Source: Gammaproteobacteria bacterium (GTDB lineage Bacteria; Pseudomonadota; Gammaproteobacteria; GCA-002705445; GCA-002716945). Taken from it: 64,000 nt of DNA. Within the stretch, counting starts at the first letter, position 1. Each line of letters starts with the position of its first letter. The stretch lies in the NCBI GenBank assembly GCA_002716945.1, contig PBCF01000002.1:482374-546373 (forward strand). The letters are read 5' to 3'. Under the pieces are notes generated by a model. That model did no database searches. It saw only the letters and a list, made by a program, of their open reading frames with translations, and had not been told where the DNA came from. This document shows, piece after piece, positions 32,284 through 42,392 of this stretch. Both the position numbers and the translations under genes were made by a program.

Positions 32284-33021
32284 TTAATCTTCATCAAATT
32301 TGCAAACAGGAATTGGAGTCATTTTATGTAAATTCTTATCTCTTATTTTTTTATAATCTTTTTTATGAGGACTATTATCATTCACCATTGCATCTTCAAT
32401 TTGATCATATGTCAGTCCAAGTTGATCTTCATCAGTTCTACCATCATCCCAAAGTCCATCAGTAGGATCTGCATTAATTATATCAGCCTTTATGCTTAAT
32501 TCAGTAGCAAGTTCTTTTACTTCTGATTTTCTTAGATCCGCGATGGGCGAAATATCAACCCCACCATCTCCATATTTTGTAAAAAAACCAACACCGAAAT
32601 CCTCGACTTTATTGCCAGTCCCAACAACTATTCCATTTTTAGATGACGCTATTTGATATAAAGTAACCATTCTTAATCTTGCTTTAGAATTTGCAAACCC
32701 TAAATCACTATTACAATAAAATTCGTTACATATTTTTTGAAACTGTTTAAATACATCAGACAAATTTAATTCTATACATTCAATGTTGTTAAAATTTTCA
32801 TCGAGCCATTTTGCATGTATATCGCAGTTTTTAGTATTCTTAAAAATTGGAAGTTTAACTACAATAGTATTGATTCCAGTCTTGGCGCATAAAGTACTCG
32901 TTAAAGATGAATCAATACCACCAGAAATTCCCACAACCAATGATTGAGCCGGCGATGACATCGCGTTAACGTATTTTTTAATCCAACTACATATATAATC
33001 AATTTTTTTTACATTTTCCAC
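32284..33021 (-). CDS. nadE: NH3-dependent NAD+ synthetase
   Basis: GISGGIDS, NSKARLRM, GTGN..E, FTKYGDG, PTDGLW; GTG start with AGGAG 9 nt upstream. Confidence 0.95.
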   Translation of the reverse strand: MENVKKIDYICSWIKKYVNAMSSPAQSLVVGISGGIDSSLTSTLCAKTGINTIVVKLPIFKNTKNCDIHAKWLDENFNNIECIELNLSDVFKQFQKICNEFYCNSDLGFANSKARLRMVTLYQIASSKNGIVVGTGNKVEDFGVGFFTKYGDGGVDISPIADLRKSEVKELATELSIKADIINADPTDGLWDDGRTDEDQLGLTYDQIEDAMVNDNSPHKKDYKKIRDKNLHKMTPIPVCKFDED

Positions 33022-33141
33022 TAATCATGTCTCCTAGTTTATTATTTACCTATAAAAAACATTTATTATTTATAAATTATATGCTTCGTTACTGGATTAT
33101 GGTTTATAATAAACATAAATTCATTTAATGAGTTTAATAAT

Positions 33142-33315
33142 ATGCGCATTATAATAATTTTGATAATAATACTTCTAGTATATTTTATAATAAAATCGTT
33201 GACTAGAAGAAATGTTACTTTAGATAATAAAACTGGTAAAGATATGTCGTATTGCAAATATTGTAATACATATATGCCAGAATCTGAATTTATCAATCAT
33301 AATTGTAGGGATTAA
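33142..33315 (+). CDS. Small membrane protein with CxxC motif (PP0621-like), 57 aa
   Basis: Hand translation MRIIIILIIILLVYFIIKSLTRRNVTLDNKTGKDMSYCKYCNTYMPESEFINHNCRD: TM helix then M..CxxC..Y.P..E; below the ORF-track cutoff. Confidence 0.7.
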   Translation: MRIIIILIIILLVYFIIKSLTRRNVTLDNKTGKDMSYCKYCNTYMPESEFINHNCRD

Positions 33316-33325
33316 AGAATAAAAA

Positions 33326-33406
33326 ATGACTAGACGACCACCACTATTAATGATTTTGTCAATTATTATGTTAATTGGCATATTATTAACAATACTTTTA
33401 AAGTAA
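33326..33406 (+). CDS. Putative 26-aa single-TM peptide MTRRPPLLMILSIIMLIGILLTILLK
   Basis: Fills the gap between the PP0621-like ORF and coaE (10-nt and 4-nt spacers); basic N-terminus plus hydrophobic helix. Confidence 0.4.
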   Translation: MTRRPPLLMILSIIMLIGILLTILLK

Positions 33407-33410
33407 GCAT

Positions 33411-34001
33411 ATGAGGTTATATGTTATATCAGGGTTAATAGGTTCTGGAAAAACAACAGTTTCTAAACTATTACAGAAAAAAGGTTTTAAATATATAAGT
33501 GCTGATTTTGAAGTTAAAAAGATTTTACGAACAGATAATTTAGTTAAAGAAAAACTAATAAATAAATTTAATGATATTATATTAAATAATAAAAAAGATA
33601 TTTCATTTAAAAAATTAAAAGAAAAATTACTTGAATCAAATAAAAATAAAAATAATATTGAAAAAATAATACATAATCAATTCTATAAAAAAATTAATAT
33701 TTATTTAAAAAAGACAAAATACAAAAAAATATTGATTGAAATACCATTAATTGAAACATGTAAAGCAATTAATAGAAACTATGAAGTTATAATGGTAGAC
33801 TCTAAACTTAAACATAGGTTGTTAAGAAAGACTAATAAAACTAATAAATCTATAACAATTTTCAAAAAATTGAATAAACTACAAAAAACCAGAAAGTTTT
33901 ATAAAAATAATTCTAATTATATTATTACTAATAATGGTAATATGAAACAATTAAAAAAAGAATTTGAAGAATTTTATAAATCTAATATTTTAGAGATTTA
34001 A
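33411..34001 (+). CDS. coaE: Dephospho-CoA kinase (divergent)
   Basis: GLIGSGKTT P-loop, IEKIIH, EIPLIE, IITNNG; coaE-zapD synteny. Confidence 0.85.
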   Translation: MRLYVISGLIGSGKTTVSKLLQKKGFKYISADFEVKKILRTDNLVKEKLINKFNDIILNNKKDISFKKLKEKLLESNKNKNNIEKIIHNQFYKKINIYLKKTKYKKILIEIPLIETCKAINRNYEVIMVDSKLKHRLLRKTNKTNKSITIFKKLNKLQKTRKFYKNNSNYIITNNGNMKQLKKEFEEFYKSNILEI

Positions 34002-34003
34002 TA

Positions 34004-34768
34004 ATGATAATATCTGATGCTCATACAGTTGTTTATGAAGAACCTGTTCAAGAAAGAATTAGAAAATTTTTAAGAATAGAAGCTCTATTTAAGAATATTT
34101 CATATTTTCAAGGAAGCGAATCTATTATCGAGATATATACCGCTATGACTTATATCTCTGAGCTTCATCAAATATTATCAAGAAGTGATATAAAATCTGA
34201 ATTAATAAGAGAAATTGAAACTCAATATACTATTTTTAAAAAAGCAAAAGATCATCCAGATGCAAATTCATCAAAGGTAATTTCAATTTTAGAAAAACAA
34301 GAGATACTTCTTAAAGATTTATATGCAGTAAAAACAAATTATTTAGATATTTACGAGAAAGATGAATTGTTTAAAACAATCATCAAGAATAGCGGAGAGA
34401 CTGTGCAACCAACTACAATTGGGTTTTGGTTATCAAGAGATAGTCACTTTAGATCTAATCAAATTAATCTTTGGATGGAGTCTCTTGAATTCATTAAAAA
34501 GAGTGTTGTTTTTGTTCTTGAAATAATAAGACAATCTGCATCATATACTGATGCCTTCGCTGAAAAAGGGTTCTATCTAGAAAAAATAGATTTACAGAAA
34601 AAAATTTATTTAATCAGAATAACATTAACAACTGATCATTATTATTTTCCACAAATTAGTGTAGGCAAACAAAGACTTACCATTATGTTTATGACAAAAA
34701 ATGACAAAAATAAATTTATACCTTATCAAGAAGATATAACTTTTGGATTGAGTAAGTGTATTCTTTAA
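34004..34768 (+). CDS. zapD: Cell division protein ZapD
   Basis: YEEP..ERIRKFLRIE, SRSDIKSELIRE, LIRI..YFPQISVGKQR. Confidence 0.9.
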   Translation: MIISDAHTVVYEEPVQERIRKFLRIEALFKNISYFQGSESIIEIYTAMTYISELHQILSRSDIKSELIREIETQYTIFKKAKDHPDANSSKVISILEKQEILLKDLYAVKTNYLDIYEKDELFKTIIKNSGETVQPTTIGFWLSRDSHFRSNQINLWMESLEFIKKSVVFVLEIIRQSASYTDAFAEKGFYLEKIDLQKKIYLIRITLTTDHYYFPQISVGKQRLTIMFMTKNDKNKFIPYQEDITFGLSKCIL

Positions 34769-35319
34769 AAATATTTCATTCCTGCTATACCAAGCCCGCC
34801 ATTCAATAATGAAATTTCATAATCATTTTTAAATGGGTTCATTCCACCTAATGCATATGTAGGCATATTAGCCACTTTAGATAATCTATTGAATTCATCC
34901 CATCCCATAGCTTTTTTATTTTGATATTTAGATATTTTTACTGGAGAAATTATTATATAATCCAGACTTAGTGAATTAGCTAATTTTATTTCTTCAATGT
35001 TATGACATGACGCTGAATATAGTATTTGTTTCTTATCAATAGATTTTAATTCATATAAAAATTTACTTTTTAAATGAATACCTCTGAACTTCCCTGTAAA
35101 AAAATTATCAAACGGATAGTCAATTACACAAAAAAAAGATGTATCTATAGTAAAAGATATAATTCTTTTTAATTGATTAGAATTCGCTTTATATAAATTC
35201 CTAAATCTAATTATACTGTCATTGATTGTAGATTCTTGGCATTTGATATATGGATCTGTGTCATAATTAAAAATTCTAATGTATTTGTGCATTTCATTAG
35301 TTCGATTTTGAAGAATCAC
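34765..35319 (-). CDS. Thiamine-phosphate-synthase-like (TenI/ThiE fold) protein without a Nudix domain
   Basis: GIHL, ASCHN..E, DY..ISPV, GW..F, PTYALGG; follows argJ. Confidence 0.7.
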   Translation of the reverse strand: MILQNRTNEMHKYIRIFNYDTDPYIKCQESTINDSIIRFRNLYKANSNQLKRIISFTIDTSFFCVIDYPFDNFFTGKFRGIHLKSKFLYELKSIDKKQILYSASCHNIEEIKLANSLSLDYIIISPVKISKYQNKKAMGWDEFNRLSKVANMPTYALGGMNPFKNDYEISLLNGGLGIAGMKYF

Positions 35320-36488
35320 GTTGTATATAGGGAGTTTGTATCTACATATTCATGAGATAAGTCAGAGCACATTACTTTATAGCGAGATCTTCCTGAATTT
35401 AAATTTATATTTAAAAAAATTTCTCTATTTTTCATAGATTGTTCTAAGACTTCGATATTGCACCGGCGGTCTATTTCACCTCTACAAAAAATCATGTGAT
35501 CATTTATTAATAAAGTAATTTTATTGATATCAACATCAATGTTGGTAGAGCCAATTTTAGCCATAACTCTACCCCAATTTGGATCACAACCAAACATAGC
35601 GGTTTTAACTAAGTTAGAATTAGCAATAGCAAAAGCAATTTTTTTTGCTTGAGATTCAGACTGGGCATTATTAACGTCAATTTCAATAATTTTAGTTGAT
35701 CCTTCCCCATCACTGACAATCATTTTACATAAATCTTGACAAATTTTTGTTATATTCTTTTTTAATAAAGCAAATGATGTTACGTCAACATCATAGTCAA
35801 TAGTTTCTGTTTCTCCAGTTGCTATGATTACAAATGAATCGTTAGTAGACATATCGCCATCTACAGAAATTCTATTAAAACTATTATCAACAACATGTTT
35901 GATCAATTTACTAATAGCTGACTTACTGAGTTTGATATTTAATTCCATAAATGCCAACATTGTTGCCATATTTGGTTCTATCATCCCTGCTCCTTTGCAG
36001 ATAGCATTCATTCTAATTTGTTGACCCTGAATTGTGAATGTTTTATTAATAAATTTATTATATTTGTCTGTAGTCATTATAGATTTTGACGCCTGCTCCC
36101 AAGTAGATTTAAAACTAAAATTAGAATTATGAATACTAGAAAGTATTTTATTCATTGGAAGTTGCTTGCCAATCACACCAGTAGAAAAAATAAGCAGTTC
36201 TTCGCTCTTACAATTTAATTTCGCGGATAATTTTCTAGAGTATTGCTGAGCATTGTTATACCCCACAATACCTGTACATGCATTAGCATTACCAGAGTTT
36301 ACGAATAAATATTTTATTCTATTATTTTGAATATTGGTCTTAGATATAACAACAGGCGCTGCTGCAAATTTATTCTTTGTGCACACCATAGCTAGAGCTG
36401 AATCATTTGGGATTTTCATGCACACAGCATCAGATAAATTTTGTTTTATACCTATATTAAGTACCTCTAGTTCAACTTTTTTAATCAT
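35316..36488 (-). CDS. argJ: Ornithine acetyltransferase / N-acetylglutamate synthase ArgJ
   Basis: NSGNANACTG, STGVIG, IMTTD, KGAGMIEPNMATML, DGEG, DPNWGR. Confidence 0.97.
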   Translation of the reverse strand: MIKKVELEVLNIGIKQNLSDAVCMKIPNDSALAMVCTKNKFAAAPVVISKTNIQNNRIKYLFVNSGNANACTGIVGYNNAQQYSRKLSAKLNCKSEELLIFSTGVIGKQLPMNKILSSIHNSNFSFKSTWEQASKSIMTTDKYNKFINKTFTIQGQQIRMNAICKGAGMIEPNMATMLAFMELNIKLSKSAISKLIKHVVDNSFNRISVDGDMSTNDSFVIIATGETETIDYDVDVTSFALLKKNITKICQDLCKMIVSDGEGSTKIIEIDVNNAQSESQAKKIAFAIANSNLVKTAMFGCDPNWGRVMAKIGSTNIDVDINKITLLINDHMIFCRGEIDRRCNIEVLEQSMKNREIFLNINLNSGRSRYKVMCSDLSHEYVDTNSLYTT

Positions 36489-39130
36489 TATAATTTACCA
36501 CAACATCTTTTATATTTTTTGCCTGAACCACATGGACATAAAGCATTCCTTGGTATATTTTCCATTACCCGATCATTGCGAGCATTAGGGTTATTTCCAT
36601 CAGTTATATTATTTATTGTATTCGAACTACTATTTTTTTCAATTTTATCAACAGGTTTATTTTTAATATTTATTCTACATAATACTTTAATAATCTCATG
36701 ATCATTTGCCATTAACATTTCTTCAAACATTTCGAATGATTCTTTTTTATATTCATTTTTAGGATTTTTTTGTGCATAGCCTCTCAACCCTATACCTTGC
36801 CTCAAATAATCCATTGCACTTAAATGTGATCTCCATTCTTCATCTAAAATACTTAAAATTATATTTCTTATTAATTCATGTTTTTCAGAGTCTTGTAATT
36901 TATCCAGATTTGAAGAAATTTTTTCTAGTAACACTTCTTTCAAGTGTATTTCAATGAAGTTTCTAGCATCTTCATTCGAAGATTCTTCGTGTGTTTTTTG
37001 CAGGTTTACAGATACTAGAAATTCATCATTTAAACTTTTGTCAAACTCTGAAAAATTCCATTGACTGACGGGTAGATCAGCTGGCAAATATCTGAAAGAA
37101 GAATTTTCAACTACACTAGATACAACTCTTTCGAGTATACTTTCTAAATTTGTAGATGATAAAATCTGATCTCTTTGATTATAAATAACTTTTCTTTGTT
37201 CGTTAGCTATATCATCATATTCTAAAAGCGTCTTACGTATATCAAAATTATGTGCTTCAACTCTTTTTTGTGCATTTTCAATAGATTTTGCTACCCATTT
37301 ATGTTCAATTGCTTCGCCTTCTTGCATCCCAAGTTTTTTCATAATTTCACTAACCTTTTCTGATGCAAAAATTCTCATAAGATTGTCTTCTAAAGATAGA
37401 TAAAATCTCGTGGCACCAGGATCTCCTTGTCTTCCAGATCTACCACGGAGCTGGTTATCAACTCGTCTAGACTCATGCCTTTCGGTTCCAATGATATATA
37501 AACCTCCCAGTTTTTTAACTTGATCGTGATTACTTTCCCATTCATTTTTTTTAGCATCTAAGCTAGCGTCTGATAATTTATCTGACTCATATAAATAATT
37601 ACCACCCAGGACAATGTCTGTCCCTCGACCTGCCATATTTGTAGCAATTGTGACAGAACCTAACTTACCTGCTTGCGCTATGATTTCCGCTTCTTTTTGA
37701 TGATATTTTGCATTCAAAACAGAATGATTGATTTTTTTTGATTTTAGTAGTTTTGAAATATTTTCAGATGTCTCAATAGATGTTGTTCCAACTAATATAG
37801 GTTGCTGTGTTTTATGAATGTGTATAATTCTTTGAACGATAGAATTGAATTTTTCCTTAATAGTTAGATAAACAAGATCTACTTCATCATTTCTTATCAT
37901 TTTTTTATGAGGAGGAATAACAACAACTTCCAAACCATAGATTTGTTGAAATTCTATAGCTTCTGTATCAGCTGTCCCTGTCATGCCAGAAAGTTTATTA
38001 AATAATCTAAAATAGTTTTGAAAAGTAATAGAGGCATATGTTTGGTTTTCATTCTGGATTTTAACTTTTTCTTTTGCTTCAATTGCTTGATGCAGGCCTT
38101 CAGCCCAACGTCTACCAGGCATCTTTCTTCCAGAGAATTCATCTATAATAACAACTTGATTATTTTCAACAACATAGTCAATATCATTTTTATATATTAA
38201 ATTAGCTCTCAATGATGCATCAATATGGTGAAGGAGTTGAATGTTTTTAGGTAAATATAAATCATCAGTTGAACTAATCATTTTATTTCTAACAAGTAAG
38301 GATTCAACTTCTTTGTGACCTTCTTCTGTCAATGAAATAGTTTTCTGTTTTTCATCGATTGTATAAAATAAATTATTTTGTTTGTTTGAAATGATTTGAT
38401 TAGTAATTTTATTTATATGCTGATATAAAATATTATTCTCAGATTTAGATCCCGATATAACTAAAGGTGTACGAGCTTCATCAATAAGTACGGAATCAAC
38501 TTCATCGACTATACCATAAGTTAATTCCCCTTGAACTTTATCATCCATGCTATAAATCATATTGTCTCTAAGATAGTCAAAACCAAATTCATTATTTGTT
38601 CCATAAACTATATCTTTTTCATACATGATTTTTCTTTCTTTTGGTTCAAGTGTGTTAGTGATAGTTCCAACAGATAGTCCTAAAAAATTATAAATTTTAC
38701 CCATCCATTCAGCATCCCTTTGTGCTAAATAGTCATTGACTGTTATAATAAATACAGATTTTTCACTGAGAGCATTCAAATAAGCCGGAAGTGTAGCAAC
38801 TAGTGTTTTACCTTCACCGGTTTTCATCTCAGCAATTTTACCCTGATGAAGAGCTATTCCTCCTAGCATTTGCTCATCAAAATGTCTAAGCCCTATTGTT
38901 CTTTTAGATGCTTCTCTAACAATTGCAAAAGCATCAGGTAAAATTTTGTCAAAGTCATTATGCAGATTATATTCTTGTTTCAAGCGTATAGTTTGATTTT
39001 TCAAATCTAAATCATTGAAAGATTTATATTTACTTTCCAAACGATTAATATTACTTAAAATAATTTTATAGTCTTTAAGTAGACGATTATTCCTTGTTCC
39101 AAAAAAATTTTTAATAATTTGAGGTAACAT
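36488..39130 (-). CDS. secA: Preprotein translocase SecA
   Basis: MKTGEGKT, DEVD, TNMAGRGTDI, QLRGRSGRQGD, C-terminal CPCGSGKKYKRCC. Confidence 0.98.
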   Translation of the reverse strand: MLPQIIKNFFGTRNNRLLKDYKIILSNINRLESKYKSFNDLDLKNQTIRLKQEYNLHNDFDKILPDAFAIVREASKRTIGLRHFDEQMLGGIALHQGKIAEMKTGEGKTLVATLPAYLNALSEKSVFIITVNDYLAQRDAEWMGKIYNFLGLSVGTITNTLEPKERKIMYEKDIVYGTNNEFGFDYLRDNMIYSMDDKVQGELTYGIVDEVDSVLIDEARTPLVISGSKSENNILYQHINKITNQIISNKQNNLFYTIDEKQKTISLTEEGHKEVESLLVRNKMISSTDDLYLPKNIQLLHHIDASLRANLIYKNDIDYVVENNQVVIIDEFSGRKMPGRRWAEGLHQAIEAKEKVKIQNENQTYASITFQNYFRLFNKLSGMTGTADTEAIEFQQIYGLEVVVIPPHKKMIRNDEVDLVYLTIKEKFNSIVQRIIHIHKTQQPILVGTTSIETSENISKLLKSKKINHSVLNAKYHQKEAEIIAQAGKLGSVTIATNMAGRGTDIVLGGNYLYESDKLSDASLDAKKNEWESNHDQVKKLGGLYIIGTERHESRRVDNQLRGRSGRQGDPGATRFYLSLEDNLMRIFASEKVSEIMKKLGMQEGEAIEHKWVAKSIENAQKRVEAHNFDIRKTLLEYDDIANEQRKVIYNQRDQILSSTNLESILERVVSSVVENSSFRYLPADLPVSQWNFSEFDKSLNDEFLVSVNLQKTHEESSNEDARNFIEIHLKEVLLEKISSNLDKLQDSEKHELIRNIILSILDEEWRSHLSAMDYLRQGIGLRGYAQKNPKNEYKKESFEMFEEMLMANDHEIIKVLCRINIKNKPVDKIEKNSSSNTINNITDGNNPNARNDRVMENIPRNALCPCGSGKKYKRCCGKL

Positions 39131-39190
39131 TTTATCTATAATTTAGAATAAACCCATTGTTGTAAGTATGTTTTTTATAATACAATAAAT

Positions 39191-39469
39191 TTGATGATTA
39201 TGAAAAAAATTTCAAGCTTTATACCTAAACATCTTGCTAAAAAAAGCCTATTAATTGGTAAGTTTGAGTCATATATTAATCAAAATTTTCCTAAAGAAAT
39301 TATATCTGAAATTAATGTTATTAATATATCAGGCTCAACACTCATCTTAGGTTGCAAAAAATCTTCATTTGCTACATTAATGCGATTTGAGAAAGACAAA
39401 TATATTCACATTTTGAAAAAAAATGATTTTTTGGATATTGATGATATAAAAATTATAGTTAATACTTAG
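39191..39469 (+). CDS. dciA: DciA (DUF721) family protein
   Basis: Small protein divergent from secA and converging on lpxC (canonical slot); LILGC..SSFAT.MRF; exact start uncertain. Confidence 0.65.
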   Translation: MMIMKKISSFIPKHLAKKSLLIGKFESYINQNFPKEIISEINVINISGSTLILGCKKSSFATLMRFEKDKYIHILKKNDFLDIDDIKIIVNT

Positions 39470-40377
39470 GTTGGTTCTGGGAGTGGCTTGGTATAAAATA
39501 TAGGTGCTTTCGAATCATCCTCAATTATTACTTCTTCCCATGCTTCACTATTATTAATAAGTTCTCTTAAAAGTAAATTATTGAGATGATGTCCTGACTT
39601 GTATGCTGAAAATGAACCTATTATGCCATGTCCAAGTAAATATAAATCTCCAATTGCATCGAGTATTTTATGTTTAACAAATTCATCCTCAAATCTTAAT
39701 CCTTCTTCATTAATCACCCTATAATCATCTATCACAATTGCATTTTTTACACTTCCACCAAGAGCTAAATTGTTCTTTCTTAATTTTTCTATGTCTTTTG
39801 CAAATCCAAAAGTTCTAGCACGACTGACTTGACTGAGATACGATACTGTCGAAAAATCAATTTCAGCAGATTGTGTTTGTTCTGAAAAAGTTGGATGTTT
39901 AAAGTCAATTGTAAAAGCAACTTTGAATCCATCAAAAGGTTCAATTTTTGCCCACTTACTATCTTCTTTTACTTCAATTGATTTTTTTATTTTAATAAAT
40001 TTTTTTGGTTTACTTTGTTCTGTTATTCCTGCGGATTGAATTAAAAAAACAAACGGTCTAGAACTGCCATCTAGTATTGGTACTTCCGGCCCATCCAATT
40101 CTACAACTGCATTGTCGATACCTAATCCCGCCATTGCTGACAACAAGTGTTCAACCGTAGATATTTTTGATTCTCCTTTAGAAATAGAAGTTGACAATCT
40201 TGTATCATGAACATTATTTAATGTAGCAGAAATAGGATCATTATTAATATCTATTCTTTTAAAAACTATTCCAGAATTGATAGTGCCTGGTTTCAAAACT
40301 AAATTAATTTCTTGACCAGTGTGAAGGCCTATTCCGGTTGCTCTAATTGTATTGGATAGTGTTCTCTGTTTTATCAT
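39466..40377 (-). CDS. lpxC: UDP-3-O-acyl-N-acetylglucosamine deacetylase
   Basis: [35 protein letters not shown]. Confidence 0.97.
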   Translation of the reverse strand: MIKQRTLSNTIRATGIGLHTGQEINLVLKPGTINSGIVFKRIDINNDPISATLNNVHDTRLSTSISKGESKISTVEHLLSAMAGLGIDNAVVELDGPEVPILDGSSRPFVFLIQSAGITEQSKPKKFIKIKKSIEVKEDSKWAKIEPFDGFKVAFTIDFKHPTFSEQTQSAEIDFSTVSYLSQVSRARTFGFAKDIEKLRKNNLALGGSVKNAIVIDDYRVINEEGLRFEDEFVKHKILDAIGDLYLLGHGIIGSFSAYKSGHHLNNLLLRELINNSEAWEEVIIEDDSKAPIFYTKPLPEPT

Positions 40378-40389
40378 AATTGAACTGTA

Positions 40390-40418
40390 ATTATACTTTA
40401 TTTGTCATATTTTGTTAA
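40390..40418 (-). promoter_or_regulatory. Sigma70 promoter for lpxC
   Basis: TTAACA-N17-TATAAT in the 104-bp ftsA-lpxC gap. Confidence 0.6.
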
Positions 40419-40481
40419 TTAAAACGTCATATTTAAAAAAATGTATCGATTCCCCTGAAGATATTAGACAAGATTATGCTA

Positions 40482-41729
40482 TCAAAGTTCTTTTTGAAAA
40501 TAATTTGATATTTTTTCCCATAATTTATTAACAAACTCTAATATAGAATTTGATGAATTCTGACGATGTGGCATCTTCTTAAGTTGATTTTCCCTGAACA
40601 ATAATAAGCCAACTGCTGTAGCATATCTTGTTTTGCCAGTTAAATTTGTCAAACCTTCTATGTGCGTTGGGCTTCCAATTTTTGCTGGGCATCCAAATTT
40701 ACTTTCAGCATAAGTATCTAAGCCTTCTATCTTTGAACCTCCTCCTGTGAAAACTATTCCGCATCTAATTTTATTTGAATAGCCACTATTGAGAATTACC
40801 TCTTGAATTTTTTTAAATATTTCATCTAGTCTGCAGGATATAATATGTTTTAAAATGGGTTTGCTTGTTTCTGATTCTGGTTTATCAGATACTGATGGTA
40901 CAGGAATTTTAATTTGATCATCATCTGGAGATTCTATTAATGAACCATATTTTTTTTTAATTTCTTCGGCGGCATCTAAAGTTGTAACTAGCCCGACTCT
41001 AATATCATTTGTAATAGATTGACCGGCTAATGGTATTACAGATGTATATTTTATGGTTCCATCTGTAAAAATAGCTATATCAGTTGTTCCTCCCCCAATA
41101 TCAACCAAACAAACACCTAAAGATTTTTCTTCTTCTGTTAAAACTGAATAACTTGAAGCTACAGGCTGCAAAACATATTCATCTACATCAAGAAAACTGT
41201 TTTCTATGCATTTAGTTAGGTTCTTTTTTGCTGTCGATGATGCTGTAATAATATGAACATTCGCGTGTAATTTAGATCCAGCCATATTAAGTGGTTCTTT
41301 AATTCCTTTTTGGTCATCAATTGCATACTCTTGCTCTATAACATGAAGTGTTTCTTGATCAGTAGGAATTTGAACATCTGCTGCTTTATCAATCACATTT
41401 TCTTTATCTTCTTCTGTAACTGTTTCATTAATAATTGTTATTATTGCATTACCATTATAACTTTGTATATGTTTTCCTGAGATACCTGTTGTAACAGATT
41501 TAATTGCAAATTGAGCCATACCAGCAGCAGTATCAGTTGCTCTTTTAATACTCGTTACTGTTGTATCAATTTCGGAAATAACACCTTTATTTAATCCAGA
41601 ACAAGGTTCATCTCCAATTCCAATTATTCTCAACTTACCTTCTGGATTATATTCTGCAACTAGACATAAAACTTTGGTTGTACCAATATCTAGTGCGACA
41701 AATTTTTCATTATTATAGGAATTATTCAC
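40482..41729 (-). CDS. ftsA: Cell division protein FtsA
   Basis: LDIGTTKV, VDIGGGTTD, AEEIKKKYG, VFTGGG, ATAVGLL. Confidence 0.96.
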   Translation of the reverse strand: MNNSYNNEKFVALDIGTTKVLCLVAEYNPEGKLRIIGIGDEPCSGLNKGVISEIDTTVTSIKRATDTAAGMAQFAIKSVTTGISGKHIQSYNGNAIITIINETVTEEDKENVIDKAADVQIPTDQETLHVIEQEYAIDDQKGIKEPLNMAGSKLHANVHIITASSTAKKNLTKCIENSFLDVDEYVLQPVASSYSVLTEEEKSLGVCLVDIGGGTTDIAIFTDGTIKYTSVIPLAGQSITNDIRVGLVTTLDAAEEIKKKYGSLIESPDDDQIKIPVPSVSDKPESETSKPILKHIISCRLDEIFKKIQEVILNSGYSNKIRCGIVFTGGGSKIEGLDTYAESKFGCPAKIGSPTHIEGLTNLTGKTRYATAVGLLLFRENQLKKMPHRQNSSNSILEFVNKLWEKISNYFQKEL

Positions 41730-41735
41730 TTAAAT

Positions 41736-42392
41736 CTATTTAACAGCAAAACCAGTTGAATACCTCAAATCAATTGTAGATATTTTTCTATTATACTTTG
41801 TAATCATCTCTTCGTATACATCAATTAAATCATTTAATTTTGGTTTATATGAGGAATATCTAGTAATAATCAGGTGCTTATTCGTATGTATATATAAAAT
41901 ATCTGATTTAATACTAACGGATGTGATTGTTAATCCTAATTTATCTAACTCGTCTGTCAAGGTCACATATAATGTATATATTGTGTTTGTGATGTTAATG
42001 TCTGTTGTTACTATTGGGAGTTTCAGTCTTTTAGTATTATTAATTTGAAAAACTTCACCATTAATTCCTATAACATATTTAGCATTCCAGAAGAAAAGTG
42101 GTTCATACTCTAAAAAATCAATTACTAAAGTATCTGGAAAATCTCGACTCACTAATACACTCTTTATCCAACTATTACTCTCTATTTCTTCTCTGATATT
42201 GCGTATATTAATTTTCAATAAATCATTATCTATATATTTCTTTAGCTGATTCTTTATAATATGTTCGTTAGATCTCAAAAAAGTACCTTTATATTTTATA
42301 TTTTTTATTGGGTAAGACCCTATAAGTTCATCAAAATAGAAAAAACCGACAGAAATAATTATTATGATGGATATAAAAGATATTTTTTTCAT
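41736..42392 (-). CDS. ftsQ: Cell division protein FtsQ (short)
   Basis: N-terminal TM, POTRA-like WIKSV.VSRDFPD, C-terminal IDLRYSTGFAV. Confidence 0.88.
   Translation of the reverse strand: MKKISFISIIIIISVGFFYFDELIGSYPIKNIKYKGTFLRSNEHIIKNQLKKYIDNDLLKINIRNIREEIESNSWIKSVLVSRDFPDTLVIDFLEYEPLFFWNAKYVIGINGEVFQINNTKRLKLPIVTTDINITNTIYTLYVTLTDELDKLGLTITSVSIKSDILYIHTNKHLIITRYSSYKPKLNDLIDVYEEMITKYNRKISTIDLRYSTGFAVK

Noticed and set aside
33066-33296. 76-aa minus-strand ORF in the track
   Set aside because: Antisense shadow of the plus-strand 57-aa TM+CxxC ORF, which has a recognisable architecture and matches the orientation of coaE-zapD
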